The notes under the pieces were generated by a model that saw only the letters and a program-made list of their open reading frames with translations, was not told where the DNA came from and searched no databases. Position numbers and translations under genes: made by a program. Of a stretch of DNA of 25,277 nt, positions 6,040 to 16,500 are shown piece by piece; the first letter of the stretch is position 1, and each line of letters starts with the position of its first letter. Source of the DNA: a virus. Its lineage: Duplodnaviria > Caudoviricetes. The stretch lies in IMG/VR virus record IMGVR_UViG_3300005916_000016, positions 1 to 25,277 of that record; one strand, 5' to 3'.

Positions 6040-7306
6040 ACGCTTCGTAATGTACGGAGGCGCTCGTGGCGGTGGTAAGTCATACCTATTAAGGTGGTGG
6101 CTTGTTCAGGTTATGCTAGAACTCTTTAAGAAGGGCATAAAGAAACCGCACGTGTTCTTAGGTTGTGAGTCTTATCCTGTTCTTGCTGATAGGCAGATAT
6201 CAAAGATAAACATTGAGATGCCTCGCTGGTTAGGCGAAGTGAAGAAGACACAATCTGATGGTCTTGCTTTTGTACTTAGGGATGAGTTTGGTGGTGGAGT
6301 CATGGTGCTCCGAAACTTAGACGACCCCTCCAAGTACCTTGGTGCTGAATATGCAGCTATTGGTATAGACCAGATTGAAAAGGTAAACAAAGAAGTGTTC
6401 GATATTCTTCGCGGAAACCTTCGTTACCCGGGAGTCACCAGCACTAAGTTCCTATGCACAGCTAACCCTGGAGGCAAAGGGCATCAGTGGGTGAAGAAAC
6501 TGTGGATTGATAGAGATTTCCCAGATGAGTTGAAAGCACTGGAAGACCAGTTTGCGTTTGTTCAGGCTCTCCCGCAAGATAATGAGAGCCTTGACCCGCA
6601 GTATTGGGAAGACTTGAAGACGTTACCAGAAAAACTGAGGAAGGCTTGGCTCGAAGGAGACTGGGAAGTATTCTCTGGGCAGGCATTCCCTGGATTTGGT
6701 GATGACCATATCATAAAGGGAAATTTGGTAATTCCGCCAAATTGGATAAAGATTGTCGGAATTGATAGTGGTTATACCAAGCCGTTCGGGGCTGTATGGC
6801 TTGCAAGAGACCCCGATGTTGGCAGGTACATAGTATATAAGGAAGTGAAGATAGCTAGATTATCCGATAGCCAGCAGGCTCGGTATATTCAGGAGATTAC
6901 AGCTCTCGAAAAAATCCATGTACGCTATGGAGACCCCTCTATGTGGAACACTAAGAGCGACGCAAAGAAAGGTCTCACGTCAACTGCCGATAACTTCGGA
7001 GATGAGGGCGTATACCTAACCCGTGCAGACAATAACAGAATCAGCGGGAAGAGGAAGATTGACAGACTCCTGATGAATCTCCCAGACTTTAAGCCAGGAT
7101 TACAGGTTCATGAATCGTGTAAAGGGCTTATAGCAGAACTAAAGTACCTTGTTTTGGACGAGAAGAAGGTGGAAGACGTCGATACAGACCAAGATGACCA
7201 CCTCTATGACGCCCTTAGGTATGCTCTGAGTTCTGCAAGAGGTAAGTTTCAGGATGATAATGTTGCTTTAAGGAGGTCTCCATGGGAGAGAATTACGACG
7301 ATTTAA
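5960..7306 (+). CDS. terL: Terminase large subunit
   Basis: Walker A YGGARGGGKS, Walker B-like AAIGIDQ, motif C TANPGG, nuclease motifs GIDSG and DHLYDALRY; RBS GGAGG. Confidence 0.95.
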   Translation: MTEILRWTEMTSFHPKQKECLKTLRSKRFVMYGGARGGGKSYLLRWWLVQVMLELFKKGIKKPHVFLGCESYPVLADRQISKINIEMPRWLGEVKKTQSDGLAFVLRDEFGGGVMVLRNLDDPSKYLGAEYAAIGIDQIEKVNKEVFDILRGNLRYPGVTSTKFLCTANPGGKGHQWVKKLWIDRDFPDELKALEDQFAFVQALPQDNESLDPQYWEDLKTLPEKLRKAWLEGDWEVFSGQAFPGFGDDHIIKGNLVIPPNWIKIVGIDSGYTKPFGAVWLARDPDVGRYIVYKEVKIARLSDSQQARYIQEITALEKIHVRYGDPSMWNTKSDAKKGLTSTADNFGDEGVYLTRADNNRISGKRKIDRLLMNLPDFKPGLQVHESCKGLIAELKYLVLDEKKVEDVDTDQDDHLYDALRYALSSARGKFQDDNVALRRSPWERITTI

Positions 7307-7602
7307 TAAATGATGTAAAATCACGGTGGATTCTCATAAGAAGTAAGCAGGAAGGGGCTACTAGCGCCCAGATTTTAGATTTTATACTAGCGGAGCTAGA
7401 AAGGAACGACCTAAAGACGAGAATTTTAGAAAAAAAAGTCGAGAAAATTATAGATTTTATAAAAAAATTTGGTAAAAACGATGCTAAAGTAACCAGAAAC
7501 CTAGAAAAATTACTAAAAAGAGCAAAGGTAATACCAACACTGCCAATAAAGAAGGGATTTAAAAAAAGAGGTGAAGAATGGGTACAGCAGGAAAGAAAAT
7601 AG
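7282..7602 (+). CDS. Lys-rich hypothetical protein between terL and portal
   Basis: RBS AAGGAGG; overlaps both neighbours; AT-rich. Confidence 0.65.
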   Translation: MGENYDDLINDVKSRWILIRSKQEGATSAQILDFILAELERNDLKTRILEKKVEKIIDFIKKFGKNDAKVTRNLEKLLKRAKVIPTLPIKKGFKKRGEEWVQQERK

Positions 7603-9440
7603 CAGATTCGGACTTCGACGATATAAAAGTTCACGCAAATAAGATTGCGGAGACTTACTCTGGGCGAGACGCACTATACACAGAGATGGAATCCATGTTT
7701 CTTCTAGAAGATTCAGGTCTTCCAGACGACTCATACATAAAGGAGACACTAGCTCCAGACCCACGAGTCACGCTCTTGGGTGCGGTTAGGTTATTGACTG
7801 CGGCTGACCCTGAATTCTCAGTACCAAACGAATTCAACTCAGCGGAAGTCAGAAAGCTATCTTCACCGCTAGAAAAAGCAGCGAAAGCTATATGGTATGC
7901 AAGTTCACGGATTCGCAAGAAACCGCTGCACTACGATTTAGCTCTATCTGGGCTTCTATATGGTGAAGAGCACATGTTTATAATGTCCACTAAGGATATG
8001 TATGACGCAGCTACTACACCTGCCGAGAAAGCTAGGGCAGAACGAGCCATGAAGATGACTCCGATACTATTTGACGTCATCAATCCTAAGCTAGGCTATG
8101 CGAGCTACGACAGACTCGGATTAGCTGCTTATGCGATGAAGCAAGAGATTGGGGTCTATGACGCGAAGACGCGTTATGGCGATGCCGTTTCAAAGATGTT
8201 GGACGACAGGAAAGATTACGATGTTGTCGAGCTAAATGAGTATTGGAACAATACAAATCATGCAGTATGGTTCACTGAGTACGCTGATGAACCAGTGGTT
8301 GCTGTAGAGCACGGTCTCGCGTTCATTCCTATTGTTGCCCAGATTACCGAGGGCTCTAACCTATTTGTTGAAAAAGACCAAGACAAGATACAACCGTTCT
8401 TGTACACTCTATATAAATCTAACCTTTGGAAGAGAAGGAATTTGTCGCTTACGGTTCTTTACTCCATGATGAATGCTATTGGTACAAACCCGCTGTTCTT
8501 ATATAAGCGGAAGAATCCAGAGAAGCACATTGAAGTTGACTGGACTAGACCAGGCGGAATCATCGAGATTGAATCAGACGAAGACTTTAGTTCTCTTGCC
8601 AAGCACGTTATTGATGATAGTATTCTACAGGGTCTGGAAATATCAGACAGGCTTACTGAAGAAGCGACGATATTCAAGCAGACACTAGGACAACCACTAG
8701 GAGCTAATGCTCCATTCTCAATGGTGTCCCTGCTTTCACAGGCTGGACGATTACCTCTTGTTCCTTATCAGAGGCTGACAAACTTCGCCATATCTGATGG
8801 TATGAGAATGGCGTTTGAGCTTATAAAACAAGAAGGCGGCTCAAAAGAAATCCTTGGTGAGGAAGGAATGGAAACACTTGTTGCTAAGGAAATCCCAGAG
8901 ACATTTGAGATATTTGCTAACTTAGATATTTCGATGCCGCAAGACGAACGACAGCAAGTTATCATGGCTACACAGGCTACATTCGGAGAAGACCCGCTTG
9001 TTTCAAAGAAATATGCGAGGGAACGCTGGATGAAGGTTGGGCAGTCCGATGAAATGCAGGAAGAAATCTGGGGCGAACGGTTCTCGAATCAGGAAGCTCA
9101 GATGGCTTACACGCAACAACAAATGATACTAGCACAACAACAGCAGATGATAGACCAACAGATGGAGATGCAGGCTCAGCAGCAGATGATGGCGCAACAA
9201 CAACAAGGTGCGCCTCCAATGACGCCTGGACAACCAATGACTCCTCAGCCACCTATGCCTGGAGACCCAAACCAGATGATGCCTGGTGAGATGCAAGGTA
9301 TGAACAATCAACTTGGCAATGTCACGGCTCAACCTGGAGTCCCTGGAGTTCCCCAGATGATGCCTGGTGACGGCGGTATGCCAATGCAGGGAGCTTCTGG
9401 TGTAGTCGAGTCTCCTATGGGAAATATAATGGAGAGATAA
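7578..9440 (+). CDS. Portal protein (podovirus-type head-tail connector)
   Basis: 620 aa, follows TerL, with Gln/Met/Pro-rich C-terminal tail as in P22-like portals; RBS GAGGTG. Confidence 0.85.
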   Translation: MGTAGKKIADSDFDDIKVHANKIAETYSGRDALYTEMESMFLLEDSGLPDDSYIKETLAPDPRVTLLGAVRLLTAADPEFSVPNEFNSAEVRKLSSPLEKAAKAIWYASSRIRKKPLHYDLALSGLLYGEEHMFIMSTKDMYDAATTPAEKARAERAMKMTPILFDVINPKLGYASYDRLGLAAYAMKQEIGVYDAKTRYGDAVSKMLDDRKDYDVVELNEYWNNTNHAVWFTEYADEPVVAVEHGLAFIPIVAQITEGSNLFVEKDQDKIQPFLYTLYKSNLWKRRNLSLTVLYSMMNAIGTNPLFLYKRKNPEKHIEVDWTRPGGIIEIESDEDFSSLAKHVIDDSILQGLEISDRLTEEATIFKQTLGQPLGANAPFSMVSLLSQAGRLPLVPYQRLTNFAISDGMRMAFELIKQEGGSKEILGEEGMETLVAKEIPETFEIFANLDISMPQDERQQVIMATQATFGEDPLVSKKYARERWMKVGQSDEMQEEIWGERFSNQEAQMAYTQQQMILAQQQQMIDQQMEMQAQQQMMAQQQQGAPPMTPGQPMTPQPPMPGDPNQMMPGEMQGMNNQLGNVTAQPGVPGVPQMMPGDGGMPMQGASGVVESPMGNIMER

Positions 9441-9441
9441 G

Positions 9442-9657
9442 ATGCTAGATATTGGTAATGCAAACGATTCTATTATGAAAGGGCAGGCAAGGTTTGCCAG
9501 ATGGGGCAAAAAATTCAAAGCAGCCTGGTATGCGCCTCGTATTGAGGCGACTAAGATGGGTATTTGGAACTCAATGCCTGCCGAGATAAAAGAAAACTTG
9601 AAGGCTCAGAAACCTAAACTATATAAAAGTATGAACGAAAAGTATGGAGGCAAATAA
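9442..9657 (+). CDS. Hypothetical protein, 71 aa
   Basis: Tightly coupled to the portal stop and the next start; RBS GGAG. Confidence 0.7.
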   Translation: MLDIGNANDSIMKGQARFARWGKKFKAAWYAPRIEATKMGIWNSMPAEIKENLKAQKPKLYKSMNEKYGGK

Positions 9658-10529
9658 TGAGTTATTATAGTACCTGGGGATTAGGTGGCGGTGGTTCAGT
9701 ACCAAAATCTAAGTCATCCTCTAACTATTATAGTTATGGAGCACCTAAACCTAAACCTAAACCTAAGCCTAGGCAAGTATACGACCCAGTGGCGAGTAAA
9801 TCACCTGCGTCAGGAAAACCACGTTACTCCCCAGAGTCAAGTGCGCCGCCACCAAGCGACAGCCAGTCTAATGTTCCGTCTAACGCGACTGGGACTTCTG
9901 GTAGTGGTAGCTATTGGGCTGAGTACTACAAGAAGAGGGTGCTCGATGCTTCTGGTCAGCAGGCTAAAACAAAACCCGCCGACCGTTACTCTCCTTGGAA
10001 CTTGTTTTCAAAGAGTACTGGGGTCTTTGCTATGGACAACCCAGTTAACCGTGGTCTTTGGAATGCTTGGAAGGGCGCTACGTACGACCCTACGAGGCAG
10101 GGTGGTTTTGGTAGAAACTCTCCCTTCAGTAACCCATTCTTAAACAAGAATTCTGGGGGCTTTGAGTATGGGCGTGGTATGGGGGCAAAGAGTGACTACT
10201 TCCTACAAGAACAGGCTGACGCAGTGTTCAGAAATCAGTGGAGAACTGGTATCGACCCCAATCAAAACAGCAGGTGGCGTGAGCTCGAAAACAGAATACT
10301 AGACCCAGAGCACGTTCTTTATTTTGAAAACGAATTCTTGCCAAGGGGAGACCCAAACCCATACTGGAATCCGTACGAAGAGACTGGTGGCGGTGGTGGA
10401 TATGGCGGTGGTGGATATGGCGGTGGGTATGGCGGTGGTGGGTACGGTGGTTATAGCCCCTACGATTCGTATAGCCCATCCAGCCCGTACTCTAGCTGGT
10501 ATAAACAGTTAATAAACTGGAGAATCTAA
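9657..10529 (+). CDS. Low-complexity Gly/Ser/Tyr-rich protein, putative ejection/internal virion protein
   Basis: RBS GGAGG, TAATG coupling at both ends; disordered composition; sits next to the giant protein. Confidence 0.65.
   Translation: MSYYSTWGLGGGGSVPKSKSSSNYYSYGAPKPKPKPKPRQVYDPVASKSPASGKPRYSPESSAPPPSDSQSNVPSNATGTSGSGSYWAEYYKKRVLDASGQQAKTKPADRYSPWNLFSKSTGVFAMDNPVNRGLWNAWKGATYDPTRQGGFGRNSPFSNPFLNKNSGGFEYGRGMGAKSDYFLQEQADAVFRNQWRTGIDPNQNSRWRELENRILDPEHVLYFENEFLPRGDPNPYWNPYEETGGGGGYGGGGYGGGYGGGGYGGYSPYDSYSPSSPYSSWYKQLINWRI
10386..10454 (+). repeat. Coding tandem repeat (GGCGGTGGTGGATAT)n encoding GGGGY units
   Basis: About 4-5 imperfect 12-15-nt units visible in the sequence. Confidence 0.8.
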
Positions 10530-13500
10530 TGAACGACGTGCGAAAACATCTAAGTGATGACGGAAAGATTAGGAGATACGGAGGGAGCAATCCCACAGCG
10601 CCCAGGGTAGGGAGCTGGACTAAATCCCCCCGATTCATGGCTGCCTGGAAAACTCAACAGCAACCTAAACGTAGCGGCGGAACTAAGCAGAAGCGGCTAA
10701 GGGATGGGATGGAGTTAGCTGCTGGTAGAGAGCCTCGTGGCATGGTTGGCGACCTACGCCATTTAGCTGGCTTACCACAGGATTCTTATAAAAGAGTCGT
10801 GGCGCGTGCTGGAATGAGCGATATTGATATATCTGGCATCAATCCAAAAGCATACGATACGTACCTCGATATGATTGGCGGGCAATACGCAGAATCTATC
10901 GTGCCAGGAAGAATGATAACTGGGAAGAAGGGAGAGCCAATAAACTACTACGCTGACCCCTTAACCCTTGACACCTATAACACAATCATAGAGAACAGTG
11001 AAGACCCAGACAGTCTTCCACCATGGCTTCCTAAAGAAGGTATCCAAGAAGCCTATAAATTCCTAGCTTATACAAACAAAGGGAAGAGCGTTGAAGATTG
11101 GTCAATCGACAAGACCAGTGATGTGTATAATTTCTTGTCTAATTTAGAATCGCCGCCTGCTAGTATGTTATTCCCTCACCAGTATATGAACGATTTAGCT
11201 GATGAGGAATATAGGAGAAAATATAACGCAGGCGGGATGGATAACCTGAGTAAATTGCAGAAACTTCTCATGTCTCCGTTCTACTCACAGCCTTGGATGG
11301 AACTACCCAAACAAGAGATGACGAGAGAGCAGAAGAATAAGATGTTAGGGAGGGATGTTGGTGGCAGTATTCTTGCCGCACTGACGACAGCGCCAATGGC
11401 TGCTATTGCGGTTGGTACTATTGCTGGTGTGAAAATAGGAACTCTAATGCTTCCGTTCATAGCTGTTATGGCGGCGGCGAACTTTGCTGACAGACAACTG
11501 GAACTAGATTCCCCAGGTCTGGCGTCAGTAAATGCGTTTGCTGGTAACGTGCTTAATGCTCTATCTAGAGGTTCGGAGCAGATATATGGAACTCTCGAAC
11601 TAGCTGCTACGGACGAAGAGTTTAAGGAAGTTCTGAATGGGGTTAGTGAGTACTCAATGAGTGAGTACGCGAAGTCTGCATGGCAGGCTAGTCAAATGCG
11701 CTGGGATGTCATGAGAGAGAGCACGATTCTCGACATAGCTGGCGGTCAAAGAACTGACCCAGATGAGATATGGAGAATCGAGCAAGGTGTTCCTAACCCA
11801 GTGAAAGTGGACAAAAGCTGGAAGTGGGGAAAGGAAGCCACGAACGCTATACAAGATGAACTATTAGCTGGTGCTGAAGTCGATGAAGTCATATCACACT
11901 GGGAAGAGGAGTTTGGATTCCAGGGCGTCTTGTCCGACTTGGTTATGCAAAACATAGTAGACCCGCTGAATGTCCTGCCAATGATGTCAAACAGAATACC
12001 ACGTGCTATAGCTAACGGTAAGGTTTCTAAGGTTATAAAGGCTATGGATGCTGCGGGTGACTTTGCCAAACTCGCGAAGGCTATGGATTATGCCGACGAT
12101 GCTTCCGATATAAACAAATTCATAGATGCTTTCAGCAAGGTAGACTCTGCGGAGCTTATAGCGAAGCTACAAGCTACCCCAGAAGGCGCTGATTTTCTGA
12201 AAATCTATGGGAAGATGGACGATATGCGTCTGGCGGGTAACATAGTGAAAGCTGCTGACAACGCTAGAGGTAATGCGTTTATCGACGCGATGCCGTTCCC
12301 AGTTAACATGGTTGCTGGGAGTATATATAAGTTAGTAAAAGGGGAATCTGGCTCTTACGGTGGGGCAGCGGCTGTATTTGAGAACCTGAAGAAAATCTAT
12401 ACAGACGGGTATGCACAGGACGCGGCGAGACAGATTGTTACAAAGGGTGGTAAGGTGAAGAACTTTTACGCGCCGCCTACGTGGTCTCCTATTGAGAGAT
12501 GGTTAGGCGGTATAGATAAGAGCGGTATGCCCAGTTGGGCTACCCCGACGATTCTGCCTGAAGGTAGCGGTTTACTAAAGAAGATTTCTATTTACCTTGG
12601 AAGCCAAACGAATAGCTCTAAGGCTATCAAGTTTGCCCAAAACATGATGACGCATGTATCTGGGATGATGACTGGTCTAAAAGCAGAAGACCAAGTTGGT
12701 ATCCTTTATAGGATGGGAATGCTAGAGGTTGGAGATGGGGCTATAAAAATTGAAGCCAAGCTGAACGGCTTGAGGAAACTGAAGGGGGAGTATATACCAC
12801 TAGACGCAGACCTCGGTGAAGTGTTCGGCACAGCTATGCAAAGAATAGAAATAGACCCAGCTGTCTACGGTTCACAAGCTTCATTTGTGTTTCGGGATGC
12901 TATCAGGAAGGCTATCTCTAAGGGTCTAATCGGTAACGAGTTCCAGAAATGGATTGGAACTACTGACTCCAGAGCTAAATTGAACCAGATGGCTAACGCT
13001 CTAGGGATAGAGCCTAATAAGGTTCTCGATTACGTTGAGAAAGGGGACACAGCTACTCTTTGGAAAAAATTCAAGGGCGCGACGGCGGAAGAACCTATAG
13101 CTGGGTTTGATAGATTCTACGCTATGGGGGACGGTGACGCTACATCTTCAATAGATACTTTGTTGAAGATATTTACGTGGGACGCAGAGAATTCTAGGAA
13201 GATGCCGTGGAATGATGAGTTATTTCACGTTAACCTGCTTAATAAGCTCTCTAAACACGTTGGCGAATACGCTACGAATAGGTACATGTTGACCGAAAAG
13301 AGCGCTATAACGAAATTAATCAGGTATACGAATATCCAAAGGCAGATTCAAGGTGCTCTTGTTCTTGGACTGAATCCAAGATACGCGATATATAACGCTA
13401 TAAACAACATTGTGACCCGTGTTGCCTCTGACAACTTTGGTTACATGAGGTTGACTGATATAGATAACTATAACAAAAGGATGGGATTTGCGAGTTGGAA

Positions 13501-16500
13501 CGACGCAATCGACTTTGGTGACTGGAAATTCGAGGGCGAGGGCATGGATATTCAGAAGACCAAGATAAAGATTGACGACATTAACTATAAATTCGAGCAC
13601 GAGTGGATGGAAAAACTCGCCAGAGGAGCTAACGCAGTTTCTATTTTCAAAAAACTGTCTAATAACATAGAGTCTGCGCATGCTAGAAAATCCTACATGA
13701 ACGGCTTGAAGAAGTATTGGGACAATACGTGGGCTGGTGCTATCCCAGGGATGGATAACATCAACCTGCCGTCTAATGTGAAGAAATCCATTATGGCTAA
13801 AGTGATAGGCTCTCTGAATATGGATGAAGTGAGAACTGGTATATTCAAAGGCAACCCTGAAGAGATAGATATTAATATCTACACAAGAAGAGTTGCTGAG
13901 AATATGGCTAAGGACACCATCCTCACGCCAGAAATTCTTTCAGAGATAATTGATGATAGTGTCCTGCGGGCTTTGAAGACAGAGTTAGCAGGAGCACGAA
14001 CGGAAGGCGACGTCGCTCGCGCTATTGAAAGGGTGCAAAGCGGTAATCTGGACTTCATAAGAAGGGCTATGGACGAAGATTTCAAGACAAGGGGAGCAGA
14101 TATTCAGGCACGCATGAAGGACTCTGGTGCTTACACTGCTGCGAAAGAGTACGTTGATATGCAAATGTATCACCAAATGGAACATATAGCTCACTTCAGA
14201 GCTATTGATGCTGCCATATCCTCTATGGAAGGAATGACCTACAAACAAAGGAGCAAGGTATGGGACGGGATAGAGTTATCTGAAAATAAGCGATTCAAGG
14301 TACTTAATAAATGGCTCAGGAATTCAGAGGAGAACATCTTCGGCGCTGTGGCAGAATTAGACCCAGGCTCAAAAGCAAGGTACGATACACACCTTACTTC
14401 AATGAGTATGCTAGAAGAAATGTGGAGGAGGTTTTATAAGAAGCGTGGCACTATATGGCGCAAAACCTTCACCGCAGAGTACGTAGACGTCGAAGCTAAG
14501 AACTTGGCTTTTGATGCGGCAAGGCTGGAAGTCGACGGGTTGGCTGATACTGCCTACGACTTCGAGATGAGGATGTATGATAGGTCCGCTAATGCTCTGT
14601 TTGGCGGCGGTACGAGACCACCTGTTGCTCCAGATGCTGTTGGAGAATCTACTGGAATCAAAGCTGTTGGCGGTGAGGCTCAACCAGAAATCCCAATCGG
14701 TTCGCCAGAATCTCCTTACACGTATGACGCAGGGACTCTTAAGCGTTTTAGGGCGGGCGTTCCTGTAAAACCAGCGTATAGGATTGGTGAAGACGTCTTT
14801 GTTGGTGTTTTGCACGTTGATGCGATAAACGCTGCTAAGCAAAGCGGAGGTTACGACCAACCTGATGTGGGTGTAATTCGTAGACTCAGCGATGGCAAAG
14901 AATTCGGTATTGTTGAAGACGGTGACCTTGGTTTTTACGAGACGTCTAGCGGAAAATTCTTGACGCCCGAAGAATCGCGAGCAAAGTATGATGTAGCGTC
15001 ATCAAAAGAATTCCTTGATAAGTACCCGCTCGAAGACATGCCCGTAGATAGCGGTCTTCCTAGAGGTATGACTATCCAAGAAGTTAACACTGTTCAACAA
15101 GCAAACAGATGGTTCAAGAAAGTAGGCGATAACGGTCTCGTTACGTCGGAAAAGGCATGGAAGAAAGGGACAGCAGGGGTTTTGACGGAAAAACTAGAAG
15201 CTATGGGTATCAAAACGAAGACAAAGTTTGCTGGTGGGGAAGAGGTCTACGTAGAGATAAGCGAAAACGACTGGGAAATGATAAAGGATTTAGCCTCGGA
15301 GTCTCAGAGGATAGCAGACGTCGAGGGCGTCGAGATACCATACACTAGGACAGATGGCAGTACTATGCCAGAATCGCACATTGATGCTGTAAAGACGTGG
15401 TTAGAGCACGTCAAGAACGCAAGAAAGGATATGATTGAAGCTGTAAGAGCGCACAGGAAGAAGATGATAGACGACCCGCCTACGAGTTATGGAGACCGTT
15501 TGGCTAGAAACAGTAAGTTCTATAACGAAGACTACACTAAGTTGATTATGGAGCTGCATAACGCTGAGATTGAGGGCGCTATGTTTGCAGTATCCTCAAA
15601 AGGGAGAGTTCCTAGCCAAATCAATAACGGCAGCATTACGAAGATGGAAGCATACATGAACCACCTGAAGCCGATGTTGGACGGTATAGGTACAGAGATT
15701 GCTAACGATATAAGAAGTGATGACCTTTACGACGGTAGTAAACTAACGACAGGACAAGCTAACGAAATAAACTCGTGGTTGAATCAGGTTGACCAGAACA
15801 TGAGGTCAAATAAATTTCAAGCCGTGAAGTACGGCGAAGCCATGAAGGACTACACGATGCTTGATTACACCCATAGAACTGGGTGGGACGAGGCTTACTC
15901 GGTACTCTTCCCGTACCAATTCTGGTATACGCACTCATTTAGAAACTGGGCAATGAGGACTCTCGATAACACGAGTATGTTCTCCTCATTCTACAGGCTC
16001 AGAGATGCCCAGAAACAGATGGGCAAGATTGGAGTTCCAAGTAGGATGGAGAATAAACTACGCCTTCCTTGGGCATTTTTACCAGAGTGGGCTGGAGGGT
16101 CAACATACTTTGACCCGTACTCGCAATTCTTCCCGCCTAGCTCTCTATTCTCAATGCTTGACGTATTTAATGACGATAAGAGCCAACTCTATAGGACTGC
16201 CTATTATCACCTATCAGATATGGCTAAGCTCGGAGAGATTACGGAAGAACAGGCTATGAAGGCTAGAGAAACAGGAGAGGGCGATGAGTGGGATATGGCT
16301 CTCGAATGGGCGAACACAAACACTGGTTTTTCTGACCCGTATACACTCGCTTCTCAGTTCATGCAGCCAGCTATGAATATAGATATTGGTATTAACCTTC
16401 TTAAAGGTACGCCAGAGGAGATACCGCCAACACCTATATTGAATCTGTCTAGGGAGATGAAGAGCATGGTAGGTGAAGATACCGCTGCTGGTACGATACT

